Part shown: positions 1 to 14,262 of the stretch, piece by piece | Layout: each line of letters begins with the position of its first letter | Position numbering within the stretch: the stretch's first letter is position 1 | Assembly: GCF_009914755.1 (NCBI RefSeq) | Contig: NC_060928.1 | Length of the DNA stretch: 64,000 nucleotides | Origin: the human T2T-CHM13v2.0 reference genome, Homo sapiens | Reading direction: 5' to 3' (one strand) | Notes under the pieces: model-generated | What the model saw: the letters and a program-made list of their open reading frames with translations, nothing else | Told to the model about the DNA's origin: nothing | The model's database searches: none | Translations under genes and position numbers: made by a program

Positions 1-113
1 CTGAAGCACAAAAATTGCTTGAACCACGGAGGCGGAAGTTGCAGTGAGCCCAGATTGCTCCACTGCACTCCAGCCTGGGCAACAGCGTGAGAATATGTCT
101 TTAAAAAAAAAAA
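1..113 (+). mobile_element. Alu 3' end
   Basis: Right-monomer end plus A tail, cut by the window edge. Confidence 0.93.
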
Positions 114-147
114 CCACGCCTTTCCTTCTGTTCCAGCTGCTATCACA

Positions 148-159
148 AAGAAAAAAGGA

Positions 160-223
<64 letters not shown>

Positions 224-347
224 AGGAAGGAAAGAAAGAGGAAGGAAGGAAGGAAAGAAAAGAAAGAAAGAAAAAGAAAAGAAAGAAAAGAAAGGAAAGG
301 AAGGAAAGCAAAGAAAGGAAAGAAGGGAAGGAAGGAAGGAAGGAAAA
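148..347 (+). repeat. (GAAA)n/(GGAA)n polypurine tract
   Basis: About 200 bp, almost purely A/G. Confidence 0.97.
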
Positions 348-1059
348 CGCACCTTTCCTTTAACTTCTGCGGCACAGACAATGATATCAAGTCTTGTTTC
401 ATTTTCCTCTTCCCAAGCACATGAGAAGACTCCATCCTCGGCCTTCCATGCAGGCATTGTGAGGGCCATGCAATGGGGTTCTCGGCAATGGGATATGACT
501 GGAAGTGATGTTTGCCACTTCCAGGCCTGGTCATAAATCCCCTGCAGGACAGCGTCCACTCCCTCTCTTTTCTGACCACAGTTCCTTGAAGGTGACATGT
601 TCTAGGAGGCACTGCTACAAGATGGAGAGGTGCTGCCCACTCTACATCAGAGTTTGTATTGTGAGCAAGGAGGAAACCCTCACAGTGCTTCACCCCTGAG
701 GTCCCAGGGCTATCTGTGACCACACCATAGCCTTAATTACCCAGACAAATATCACCTCAGACTAAGGCTCTTCATTAACCCTTCAAGAAACCCTGCCCTC
801 AGGTGTTAGGCTTACTCCAAAATCTATATTCTTCCTTCTAGCTATACATTTTACTAAATCTGAATTATTCATCTTAAATAATGCCCCAAAGAGAACAGTG
901 AGACTTTGGCATAATAATGAGTGGTGACTTCGGCACTTTAAGCTCTAGCAAGATAGAGAAAAACATTGGCATTCTATATCCAAACTCTCTATTTTTTTCT
1001 CACTTTTATGGATATGTTCACACATAAAGCTCCCACACATAATGCTACCCACAGGTAAA

Positions 1060-1060
<1 letters not shown>

Positions 1061-1101
<41 letters not shown>
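1061..1101 (+). repeat. (CA)20 microsatellite
   Basis: Perfect CA run. Confidence 0.98.
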
Positions 1102-1103
<2 letters not shown>

Positions 1104-4100
1104 AAAGAGCTAATAGTCTCAGACCAGGAGTCACAAACATGAACATCTGAAGCGGCCATACAGAAAATGCCAGTATTGAAACAGACTGTGCACAAAGCTA
1201 TGGAAAACTTGCTGAGCCATGCCTTGTCTGAAGGAAGCAGCTCTTTCCCCGTGTCCCCAGCTGTTACCATGCAAGCTGCAGGTCAGTGTGGCCAGATCTT
1301 GCAATCCTTTTAAAAAAATTAATATCTAAGTATCTATAGAAACTCTCCAAAGTTTTACAATGTGGCAACTACGTACTTCAAATAAAAATTTTTTTAAAGC
1401 TTTACATGCCAAACACAACTGAGCTGCCTGGTAGGCGTGCCCATGTTATGTGGGCCTACCATTTTGCATCATCTTCCCCAACCGTGTATAATTTATTTAA
1501 CTCCTGCCCTGTAGATTGCAAGACTGCCTCTCTCACAGGAAAGTGAATACGTAATTATGCAGGGTGGTCCTTTTTCTTCATCACCAATCCTCCCCTATCT
1601 GCAAATTCAAATTGCGCCCCCTTGGCCACCGGAAATAAGAATCCAACCCATTGATAAGTCATATACATCTTACGTTTTGACTGTGGCTCCCTTAGCTACA
1701 CCCAGGCAACCTCCAGCTTCTGATTACCATATGCAAGGACTCCATTAAATTCTTAACCAGCACTGCCCTTGCTGCTGCCTCTCTGAGGCAAGGGAGCACC
1801 ATTAATGATGATGGCCTCACACCTCTCTCTCTCATCCATACACTCCTGTGAGCAACAGCCTACAAGTGTGAAATAATAGTCAGAAATTAGAACTGTATTT
1901 TTGTGCCTGCACAATTTTTCTGAGAACAAGGCTAGCTAGCTTTTAGAAGGATCAAACAGAATTTGAAAATCACCCTACTTTATGTGCCAAGAGCTTTAAG
2001 AATATCAAACATTTCTTACCATTTGCAAGCAAATGGGTCAAAAGATTTTTTGGCGATTATCTCCTCCAGAAAAGAGCAGTTTGAAACCAGAGAAAATGGG
2101 TGTTACTAAGAAAAAAAAAAACTACTTTAAGAGAACAAGAAAGTCAGTGCCTGAGATATCTCAGAAACTGAGATGGAATAACTTTCTTCTACCACACATG
2201 TGAGCTCCAAAGCACAAGAGAGGCTGCATTTCAAGCAGAAAGCTCTTTTCAAAGCACAAATGTTGGAAAAATAGACCAAGACATCAGCGCATTCTAAACA
2301 CAGCTGTGTTTGTCCACACCTACTCCTGCCAGGTTGTGTTTGATTTAACCTGGCAACCCAGGGGTGAAAGGCTGCCGCATCCAATTATTCAGTCTCCGAG
2401 GCTCCTCTTCTCCCAGCATTATTATTGTTGATGTTTGATAGAGTAAATTGACCTATTATTAAATGTTGCAGCCAACAGAGAGGTTTTAATAACCTTTTGG
2501 AGTTTTGTATTAAATGTGTTTTTAGAGGGCTGTAATTTGTATTCATCCCAGAAAAAAAAAAAAATAGCCACTATTCTGGGTGCCGTGGGCTGCACCTGCC
2601 GGGGTGAGTCTTACCACCACTCTGCTGCAGTCTGGGTTTAATGCATGAGTCACAGCTGTCTCTGGGATAATGTATTTATTAGCACTGGGGGGAAAAAAGA
2701 AAGGAAAACAGGTTGTAAGATTTGCCAATCAGTTGGGCTCTGCAAGTTGGAGAGTTCAGCAGGCTTTTTTGAGTGTTCTGGGTCACCTAGGAGTGAAGAA
2801 CCTACAGAAGCTGTCAGGAAAGTATAAAGCCCCAGGTTGTCATCAGGATAATGAGCCGGCGCCCTAGCTGGACTGGTTATCTCAGGCCTGCATCACAGGC
2901 AGAGGAAGTTTACAAAAGAGAGCTTAAGGTGCAGTGTCAGCGTGTCCCTAGTTAGGGCCTAAGGGTACAACCGACTGAGCATCAGCATCCGATAGATAAC
3001 ACCAAAAGCCATTATCTCTCTCCCGGCTGGGCTGCCAAGTGGCGGGGCCAGGATTGCCTGGTGTTTGCAGTTTCCATAGCAGCACTGTTTTGTTCTAGCT
3101 GGCAAAGTACACGGAGAGGACGGATAAACATTGCAGGAAATGACACGAACAACCCAAGTACTGAGCCTGGGATCTCATGGCAGGCTCTGCCCTTTGTGAG
3201 TCAGCGGCGGAGGTGAGGACGGACACATTTCAGGAGGTGGCTGGAAACTAACAGCGCCTTCAAGCACAGCACCTGGCTAAACTCAGCCATCCCTCCAAGG
3301 CTAGAGCTCTGGGTCTCTACTTCATTTCCCAGAGCATTGGAAACACATGCAGTGCATTCAGAACGCCGATAAAATGTGGAGAGAGCCCCTGCACAGGCCA
3401 AGTGAGGGGTGGGAGTGAGGTGCTGTTATTCTCAGCTGCCCAGAACTCACTGAAGCCCTGGCTCCTCTTCCACCTCAGTGCTGCACGGATACAGAAGGGT
3501 CTCTGACATGCTGGTCACTGATTTGGAACGTTATGCCCCATGCCTGTGTGTTTATACCTGCAGGGAGCCAACACCTCCACCCCTTGCACTGGAGACCGCT
3601 AGAGAGGGTTTGAAATGGGGGGTGATACATTGTTCAGATCCATTATTTGCTGGGCATACAGCTACTACTCCCTACTAAGACAAAAGAAGACCTGGTCCCA
3701 GCCTTATGTATTAATCACGTAGTATGTAATAGGTCTAATTCACTTTAATTTCAGTTTTCATCTATTGGATAGAAACTGAATTAGTTGTCTCAGAATAGGA
3801 AGCAGAGTTCTCAGCCAATAAGGAAGCCTAGCAATTTCTTGATATTACAATATCAAAGCACCTCAATGGTGTTTTCAGTGTTAAAGAAATAAATCCTCTA
3901 AAGATTCTTCATTATTTTTATGCCATCCTCTATCATCATCGTCTCAAGCTGATACATGGGAAAAATGGGAGGTAACATTAAGTTTTATGTTTGCCAAAAC
4001 GTCACGAACTCATCCACTAGTCTAGATATTTCTTGTTCCCAACCCTGTGTAAACACAGAGGGTTTAATGCAAATACACTGGCCACCTCCACCCTCCCTGT

Positions 4101-4979
4101 TCTGGGATGTGGCTGCTATAATATTACTTCTCTTTTATGGATTAAGCTAAATGCACCCTGTGTAACCAAAGTCTTCACTGGCTGAATATCAGTGCCTTTG
4201 GACTTTCAGGTTAACGGGACTAAATGTCTTTCTTTTAGATAAGCCAAAAAATATTATGGTCTCAGCTAGACCTAAATGACAAAATTGAAAAGGGTAGGAG
4301 AATAAATCTAGAATGGAAGGAGTTAAGGAAACTCACATCTTTAAACCTGCACAGTAAACAAAGGGCAAGTGTACTAAGAACCGGTCTTAGCTATGATTTT
4401 AAAACCAGATTTCACTGGTCTTTGTTTCTCTAGAATCATAGCCAGTTGCCGGGAACATTGTAAGTACTCATAATTATTTGTTGAATTAACGATCCTCTCA
4501 GGGCTCCAGCAGCAGAATGGAAAGAAGCATCTGTAGTGTGGTGGAAAGCACCGGAGACTCAGGCTGCTCAGCCTCTGGCCCACTCCTCCTGAGTCCTGGC
4601 AGGGAGCCCAGCCTCCAGGGGCCCTTGGTTTCATGGTCGCTGTCCTGCTGCTACCTGACCGATGCTGGAAACCAAGGTAGGTCAGGCCTTGAGGTGGAAA
4701 CCAGGCAACAGTTTCTGCCCTTGTTTTCCAGGACTAGGTAAGAACTTACTCTTCCTAGTTATGGGTTAAAAGCAAGAACTCTAAAAACTTATCTCCCTGC
4801 AATCTCTCAGGAAATAAATATGTCACCATCCACATCATCTCATGTTCATGGCAGCCCTCTGTTTGACTTTACACAAAGCACTCCCAAGACTGAGCTGGTG
4901 GGAGAAAAAAAAAAAAAAACACATCAAAACAAAGCAGAAAGCCCCTGACATCTAGGTCCTTGTACTTTGATATTAACCA

Positions 4980-5185
4980 TCATTTAAAGAGTACTTAGTA
5001 ACTGCCATGCACTGTGCTAAGCATGTTACTGACATCTGATTTTTTCTTCACTCCTGTAAATGGACAGAGTTCAGAGAGGTGACATAGCTCGCCCTGGGTC
5101 ACACAGCTAGCAAGTGATGGAGCTGAAATTGGAATCCAGGTTTGACTGACTCCAAATTCCAGGCACACTCTTTACCATTACAGCA
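4980..5185 (-). mobile_element. MIR
   Basis: Core-like CAGAGAGGTGACATAGCTCGCCCTGGGTCACACAGCTAG. Confidence 0.8.
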
Positions 5186-5309
5186 AGCTGTCCCCTCCAG
5201 CCTAAGGCAAGAGACAGCACAAGCGCTACATAAATGATAAAGGAGCCTACAGTGTTTCATCCACCACTTCCCAGACAGGCAAGAGGGAAACGCATTTGAA
5301 AGGTTCAGA

Positions 5310-6337
<1,028 letters not shown>

Positions 6338-7183
6338 TTAAATAGGTATTGCTAATACCTTTCTGTTTAGGGTCTCACAAAGATACAATCAAGGCTTCAG
6401 CTTAGGCCATTGGCAATACCTATTTAAATTGCAAACACATGTTTTTTTGTTTTTTGGGGTTTTTTTGTTTTGATGTTTTAGGGAGAGTATTTGAGAAGTT
6501 ATGTGTAGTCATTGCTTTCAAAAGGCACATCATCTAATTAGGAAAGGCCTGCAATCCATGCATGAAATGTGGAAGGATCAAAATTGGAGGCAAACATCCT
6601 AACTTTGCTAAGGGATTGGCTAAAAATAGGAACAATACTAACTCACCAAAACCATTCATTATTTGTTCATCCATCAACATTCTTATTAAATTTTTATTTC
6701 AGAGGTAGAAAAACAAGGATGGGCTAGAGGCAATAAAGGTTGAGTGGACATTGATTTCTGTTTGGGGATCTATGTGGCTCTAGGGGAGCTGATTCTATCC
6801 CAGGGATAGAGCCCCAGAGATTTTCTACACCAACCAGCACTTTCCATCCCCCTGATCAAAACACTGGGCTCAGAGGTAAGCATTGTAGGCTAAGCAGGCC
6901 CATCAGTGTGATTCTCAGGGTTTTTCTTGGAACTTTAGGATAAAAGTATTTTCTCTTCCTTTGGAAAGAGAAATATTATGAAATAAAATCATTTTTGCTA
7001 CCATGAGGAGAGTGAGAGAAAAATAAAACTTTTTAAATTAAAGAAACCCCTAGCTAGCATCCTGATGATTTTGTGTACCTTTGGCTCAACCTCACATGAA
7101 GCCCAGTTTACCGATAAACAATGCGGTGACATGAGCCAGTAATACTCGTTTATCGCTCAAGAGAATTTCTGTGACTCGATATG

Positions 7184-7679
7184 GGCCAGGCACAATGGCT
7201 CATGCCTATAATCCCAGCACTTTGGATTTTTTTTAGGTTGGTTTTTTTTTGGCGGGGGAGGGGTGTTGGTATTTTTAGTAGAGATGGGGTTTCACCATGT
7301 TGCCCAGGCTGGTTTCAAATTCCTGAGCTCAGGCAATCCACCCACCTCGGCCTCCCAAAGTGCCAGGATTACAGTGAGCCACATCGCCCAGCCAATCCCA
7401 GCACTTTGGGAGGCAGAGGCAGGTGGATCGCTTGAACTTAGAAGTTCAAGACCAGCCTGGGCAATAGAGGGAAACTCTATCTCTACCAAAAAAATACAAA
7501 AAAAAAAAAAATTAGCCAGATGTGGTGGTGCACTCCTGTAGTCCCAATTACTTGGTAGGCCGAAATTGGAGGATTGCTTGAGCCTGGGAAGTGGAGGCTT
7601 TAGTAAGCCAAGATCACACTATTGCACTCCAGCCTGGGTGACAGAGCAAGACCCTGTTTCAAAAATAAAAATAAAAAAG
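7184..7679 (+). mobile_element. AluJ-like, interrupted by an antisense Alu monomer
   Basis: Head at 7184-7225, resumes at 7394. Confidence 0.92.
7226..7393 (-). mobile_element. Alu left monomer nested in an Alu
   Basis: 16-bp TSD AATCCCAGCACTTTGG (7210-7225 / 7394-7409). Confidence 0.9.
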
Positions 7680-8169
7680 AATTGATCTGTTGATATGGAA
7701 GTTTTCATGAGGTTGTCAGTGTTTGAACTGGACCTGCAGACATACAGGAATTGAATGATACTGTGAGCTGGTGAGAATATTCCAGGAAAGATGTAATCTC
7801 AGCAAAGGCAGGAACACCCTGCAGTGCTTTCCCTGCATTTTGTGGGATCTGCCTTCTGCCTGCCCTGCAGCAGCTGCATTCTTTATCTACCAAATAATCA
7901 TTGTCTGATTTATAACCAGGCCCAGTCCTAAAGCTTGTTACCATTAACTATGTAAGTTCAATTTCATTGCAATTTGTTTTCTCTTTTTATCTAACTTTTG
8001 ACTTTATCCTAAACAGAAGGCATGTCCTCTTCCAGATAGTCAGACAAATTTGCCTTTAAGACCTAAGCTGATATTAAGTAGGAAAGTTCATTCAGCTCAC
8101 TTTGGAAGTAGTTTGGTTTTTGACAGGACAATAGGACAGAGATGGAAAAAAAAGGGGGATATGGTTTTT

Positions 8170-8580
8170 AGTGTTATCTATTGCTGTGTAACTATATCAC
8201 TACAAACTTAGTAGCTTTAAAAAGAAAACATTTATTATCCCATAGTTTTTGTGGGTCAGGAGTCTGGGCATAGCTTAGCTGGTCTTCTGTTTAGGGTCTC
8301 ACAAGGATACAATCGAGGGCCGGCTAAGGCTTCGCTCTCATCTGAGACTCAACTGAAGAAGGATCTGCTCTCAACTCTGATTGTTGGCAAATGCAGCTCT
8401 TTGTGGTTGTAGGACTGTGGGGGCTTTAGTATTTTGCTGAATATTGGCCAGAAGTAGCCCTCGGCTGCCACTGGCCATCTGCAGTTCCTTGCTGCAGGGG
8501 GTTCCCCAACATGGCCTCTTGCTTCTTCAAAGCTAGCAAGGGAGAAAAAGAGGCTCCCACAAGATGGGCGCTCTGGGTGA
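8170..8580 (-). mobile_element. MLT1-family LTR
   Basis: GTTATCTATTGCTGTGTAAC...GGGTCAGGAGTCTGGGCATAGCTTAGCTG. Confidence 0.8.
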
Positions 8581-8599
8581 CCCCATCCCTACAGCTCCA

Positions 8600-9766
8600 G
8601 GCAGCCACCATCCGGCCTGTTGAAACCAAGGTAATGGGTTCCCCACCCATAATTTGAAACCAAGGAGGCAGGCTTGATGATCTCCAAATCACCTTTAGTG
8701 TTATTATTCCCTCATCTTGAAGAAGAGCATGGTTTTGCAGCCAAATTGCTGTATGGTTCACTCCTGTAGGACCTAAGAAGTCCAGCAGCCTTTCTTCATT
8801 TCATCCTGTCTCCATCCCTTCAAACTGGCAGTGTTTTTGCTAGGCTGGCTAAATAGGTTGTGGTTCACCGCCACACTAGCCTCCATATCAAATGGCTAGT
8901 CAACCATATCCTTAGTGTTCTCTCCTGAGCACACTTCCTCATTTTTTGCGATATGGACAGGCTAAGGATTTCCCAAATTTTTAGGTTTTTGTTCCTTTTT
9001 GCTTAACAATTCTTTCTTCAACTCATTTCTCTCTTCTCATATTTTACTATAAGCACTTTAGAGGAATCAAGCCACTTTTTAATGCTTTGCTTAGAAGTCA
9101 ATTAAATATCTAATTTCATCGCTTACAAGCTCTACCTTCCACAAAACACCGTAACACAAACACAATCCATCCAATTTCTTTATCACTTTATAGCCAGGAC
9201 TGCCTTTCTTCCAGTTTCCACTAACATATTCCTCATTTCTATCTGAGACCTCACCAGAATGGCCTTAACCGTCCATAGTTCTACCAACATCCTGTTCATG
9301 ATTATTCACGTATTCTCTAAGAAGATGGAAGCTTTCTCTAACAGCTCTCCTCTTTTCTTTCTAAGCTCTCACCAGAATTACTTTTAACAATTGAGATTCA
9401 CAGCAATGTCAGCTTTTTCTAGCATAGACCTCATCAGGGGTGTCCAATCTTTTGGCTTTCCTGGGCCACATTGGAAGAAGAATTATCTTAGGCCACACAT
9501 AAAATAAACTAACACTAACCATAGCTAATGAGCTAAAAAATAAAAATAAAAATAAATAAAAAATTTAAAAAGGCAAAAAAATCTCATATTGTTTTAAGAA
9601 AGTTTACACATTTGGGTTGGGCCACATTCAAAGCCATCCTGGGCCTCATGTGGCCCATGGGCTGTGGGTTGGACAAGCTTGGTCTACCTATTACCCAGTT
9701 TCAGAGCCACTTCCACATTTTTACATATTTGTTACAGCAGCATCCCCATTTCCCGGTACCAATTTC
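8600..9766 (-). mobile_element. MaLR internal sequence
   Basis: Ends in GGTACCAATTT abutting an MLT1 LTR. Confidence 0.65.
9435..9681. mobile_element. MER30 (hAT-Charlie MITE)
   Basis: CAGGGGTGTCCAA...TTGGACAAGCTTG termini. Confidence 0.88.
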
Positions 9767-10137
9767 TTCGTTAGTCTGCTCAGGCTGCCATAACAAAATT
9801 CCACAGACTGGGTGGCTTTCACAACAGAAATCTTATTTTCTCACAGATCTGGAGGCTGGAAGTCCATGATCAACGTGCCAGAGGTTGGGTTTCTCCTGAG
9901 GCCTCTCTTCTTGGCTTGCAGATGGTCGCCATCTTGCTGTGTGCTCACTCAGAAAACTCTGCACCCACCTCCCTAGTATCTATTCTTCTTCTTATCAGAA
10001 TACTAGTAGTATTGAAATAGGGCCCCCCCTTATGACTTCATTTAGACTTAATTACCTCCTAAAAGACCCTGTCTACAAAAACGGTTACTAGGGCTTCAGC
10101 CTATGAATTTTGAAGGGATGCAATTCAGTCTGTAACA
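9767..10137 (-). mobile_element. MLT1A/B-like LTR
   Basis: GGCTGCCATAACAAAA...ATTCAGTCTGTAACA. Confidence 0.85.
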
Positions 10138-12589
10138 ATGACCCACCTTCACCAGATACAACATTTACATGACCACGAGCACAACGAACTCTTCTGCTGT
10201 GCCTGCTTCTTTCAACATATTCGTGCTCACCATCAGGACTGGTAGAAACTAGAGTTTGTTTACAGCCATATGGGAGACCGTGGGTTTTTTCCTGAGTGCG
10301 ATCATGGGGCATGCATTTGTGTGTGTCTGTGTGTGGTACTCAGCTCCAAGGCCTTGTAACAGAGATGATGTATCCCCATCGAAGAAAAATGACAGTCAGA
10401 ATAAGAAGACGAAGCCAGTTTGTCACTTAATGCAAAGGCTGATTGTGCGGCAACAACAGCCTCACACTGGGATTGATTACAAACAAGATGACACTTCCCT
10501 GTGGGCTGCCTCGCGTGTTATTATAAATAAATACCATTCGTTTTAGAATCTGCATTACTGCAGAGGATAGATTATACCTCAGCGCCCTAGGTATACAGTA
10601 AATATCCCAGGGAGTACAATGGCCCTTCTCAACCCACAATAGGAGCCTCGCCTCATGTGACACAGTATCATAAATAAAATCAGGCCGTAGCACAGAGCCA
10701 TGAGAACAGAAGTGAAGACAGAGTTTGACTGATGTTAGGGATTCATCTCCATGAAGGGCATGCTTTAAAGTGTGGTGGGATTTTGTTCCAAGCGGCCCAG
10801 GGGCCCTCAGTAGCTGTAAGGCATTTTTGATTTATCCCTGGCAGTGAAGCCCAAGAGAACCGCTCGATACCTAAGAGTATTTCCTGAAAATCAGAGTTCG
10901 GTTTTCAAGATGAAAATAAATCTGTTAAATTTTTTTGAATATCTCCTTGCCTTTGTCCCGACTGTTCCAAATCTGTCATCCTACGATCTTCAAATAAATA
11001 AATTATTTTAACCAAGAAATATAGAGCGACTGTTTTCTATTTATTTCTTTATGCCTTGCTTCAGTGCAGGGTTGAATTTGATCTGCCTGTGAGAAATATA
11101 TATTTTTCATTTCCGGGGCTATCCACTCGTTTTCTATCTTCCTCTCTCCGTCTTCTCGACGTCTTCCTATCTCTGCTATCTTTCCTTCATAAGCACGGAT
11201 AGGCGCTGGGAAGGCTCAGCCAATCCCCTTTTCAGGTGTGACACGAGTGCTCTCTGCCGTCCAGAATGGCGAACAACTCAGCATCCAGGCAGGTTCAGAC
11301 CAGACGAGGAGATGGGGAAAAAACCTACAGCCGTTCTCCCATCTCTGGGCAAACACTGGACGTATTGTTAAAATGAATAATTTATTAAACCACAATTGTT
11401 TATTGACTGCTCTTTCACTATCTGCTTTCCAGTTATTAAACACATTCGCGGGGTGCTTGGGTGTCAGCCCTTAGCCGACTTGAAGCTTCTTTCTGAGGCA
11501 ATGATGTTCCCAGCCCCCTTGCTTCTCTCCACACGAGACATTTTCGATCTCTTTTGTCAGGTCAGGGTCAAACTACAGTTGTTCTGAGATGACTTTATCA
11601 ATTCTCAGTTGATAGACTCTAAATGAAAAAATGCCTACCGCCGCCCCGTCGCTACTTAAGAAGGAGGGTTATTTGTGTAATGTTCTGTCAGTCCAGCAGG
11701 ATCTGTGACAGACGCAAAGAGTCAAGTGAAATAAGGGAAAAGAAGTTTTTATGCCTCTTATTAGTCTCTCTTCCTTACATCAAGGAACTGATGACATCCA
11801 TCCTAGGATGTCCTTCCAAACTGAAAGAGGCACGGGAAGAACCGTCCCTCACTCCTTTCGGAGTAAGCAAGACCCGCTTTAAGTATTCGTGCTAATTCTC
11901 CACCCTTCACCCTGAGGGGATTCAATGTCCACAGCAGAGCAGGTGGGAGGGGGCCCTTGCCAGGAAGAAAATTCTCTCACTCCAGATTTGAAGGAAGCAT
12001 CAGTCTGTACCCAGAGTGCCCCCTGCTTTTAAAGGGCAAACATTTCCACCATCCAGAATTGCAAGAAAATGTGCAGTAACCCAAAAGTAAATCAATAAGG
12101 CCCAAGGCAAAGGAAGAAACAGAGATTCCCAAAATTGAAAGTGAGATTTTATTCTAAAACCCAAAATTTTAAAAAATATTTGATTGATACTGATACTAGA
12201 CATAAGCACAAGAAAGCTTTCACCATTCCCTCTCTCTCTCTCTATCTCCTAAAATAAGACAATCATTTCATTTCCAAATAACTCATTAGGGATTTGTGTT
12301 TAAATGCAGAGACCTATTGCCAGATGTTGCCAAAATAAAAAAGAAAAACCCTAACAGTAAATAAAATCAGAAATGTCATCAAATTATTCCTTTCCCCAAA
12401 CTATATATGACTTTCAAGGAAAACTCACACTTTGATATTCTCTGTCACAATATTAATATTCACAGGCTTAGCATCCAGAAGACACAGGCGAGACACAGGC
12501 TAGGGGGTGGGGAGGAACCCTGCCAGCAAGGTTTGCCCAAACTCAAGCATTGAGAAAGCGTGTCTGTAAGATACAGTACATATTGATGA

Positions 12590-12830
12590 CAACTGGCACT
12601 AAATTTGAAGTGAATCTGATTTTCTGACCTGAGTGACAGCTATGGTTTTGCCAGGCATGTGACTGAACATGGCACAACCTCACTAAGCTTTGGTTTCCAT
12701 GTTTGTAAAATTAAACTGATGCTTCTTCCTTCATGAAATTAAATATGAGTTCTTCTGTGTCATGTACACAAAGTACTTAGCACAGTTAGAGGTAGAGTAA
12801 ACATGCAATACATGTATGGGACCCTTAGCT
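12590..12830 (+). mobile_element. MIR
   Basis: Degenerate core (TTTCCATGTTTGTAAAAT...AAAGTACTTAGCACAG). Confidence 0.6.
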
Positions 12831-12885
12831 TTCTATTTTCATTCCCTTCTTTCCATCCTAAGCACCATACTTCAAAACAGGGTCA

Positions 12886-13194
12886 GGCCAGGTGTGGTGG
12901 TTCATGCTTGTAATCCCAGCACTTTGGAAGGCCAAGGTGAGCGGATTGCTTGAGCCCAGGAGTTCAAGAACAGCCTGGGAAACATGGTGAAACCCCATCT
13001 CTATAAAAAAAAAAAAATACAAAAATTAGCCAGGTATGGTGGCTCACACCTATAGTCCCAGCTACTTGGGGAACTGAGGCAGGAGGATGGGTTGAACCCG
13101 GGGAAGTTGAGGCTGCAGTGAGCCAAGATTGAGCCACTACACTCCAGCCTGGGTAACAGAGTGAGTCCTTGTCTCAAAAAAAAAAAAAAAAAAA
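12886..13194 (+). mobile_element. Alu (J/old S)
   Basis: Full dimer with A tail. Confidence 0.95.
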
Positions 13195-13609
13195 GGAAAG
13201 GGTCACCCCATTTTTATGCTTCCTAAATTCCATCTGCCTTTATTCAACAAATATTTATTGAACTCTTCTATGTTCTAGCTACTCAAATATGAAAAAGAGT
13301 CCTCACCCTCTAGGAAGAGGACATATATATAACACATTAACAATCTATATAATCAAACTAATTATTTGTTATTGGCACTAAAATAGCTGGTGTTATATGT
13401 GGCTGTGTGGCACACATGAAGTTTACTTTAGTGGAAGGTGTTCGGGGTAGGAAAGAACCACAATTATTTTTCTTTTCATACAAAGTCATGTAATTAATCA
13501 TTTCATTTAGAATAATGGTACATTAAAAGTTTAAATTGATAAGTCTAGGTATTTTGAATGTTGCCATAATTTTACAGGTGATAAAAGAGGCTCAAAATGT
13601 TCATGATTT

Positions 13610-13928
<319 letters not shown>

Positions 13929-14037
13929 GTTTATGATTTTTTTTTACAGTTGTGCATTTTAATTTCCTATTTTTCCCCTGTGGATTCACAAAGGAAATCA
14001 TGCTAGAAAAAAAGATGTCATCTTAAAGCTGAATGGA

Positions 14038-14262
14038 AGCCTGGCCAACATGGTGAAACCCTGTCTCTACTAAAAATGCAAAAATTAGCCGGGTGTGGTG
14101 GTGCACCCCTGTAATCCCAGCTACTCAGGAGGCTGAGGCAGGAGAATTACTTGAACCCGGAGGCAGAGGCTGCAGTGAGCCAAGATCGTGCCACTGTGCT
14201 CCAGCCTGGGTGACAGAGCGAGACCCCATCTCGAAAAATAAAAAAATTTAAAAACATTTTTT
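14038..14262 (+). mobile_element. 5'-truncated AluS
   Basis: Starts at AGCCTGGCCAAC; TSD TTAAAGCTGAAT on both sides. Confidence 0.93.

Noticed and set aside
111-368. Similar CCTTTCCTT motifs on both sides of the purine tract, as a possible TSD
   Set aside because: Short and low-complexity, and the Alu 5' flank is outside the window.
44-598. 126-aa K/E/R-rich and 151-aa F/L/S-rich ORFs
   Set aside because: Translations of the (GAAA)n tract.
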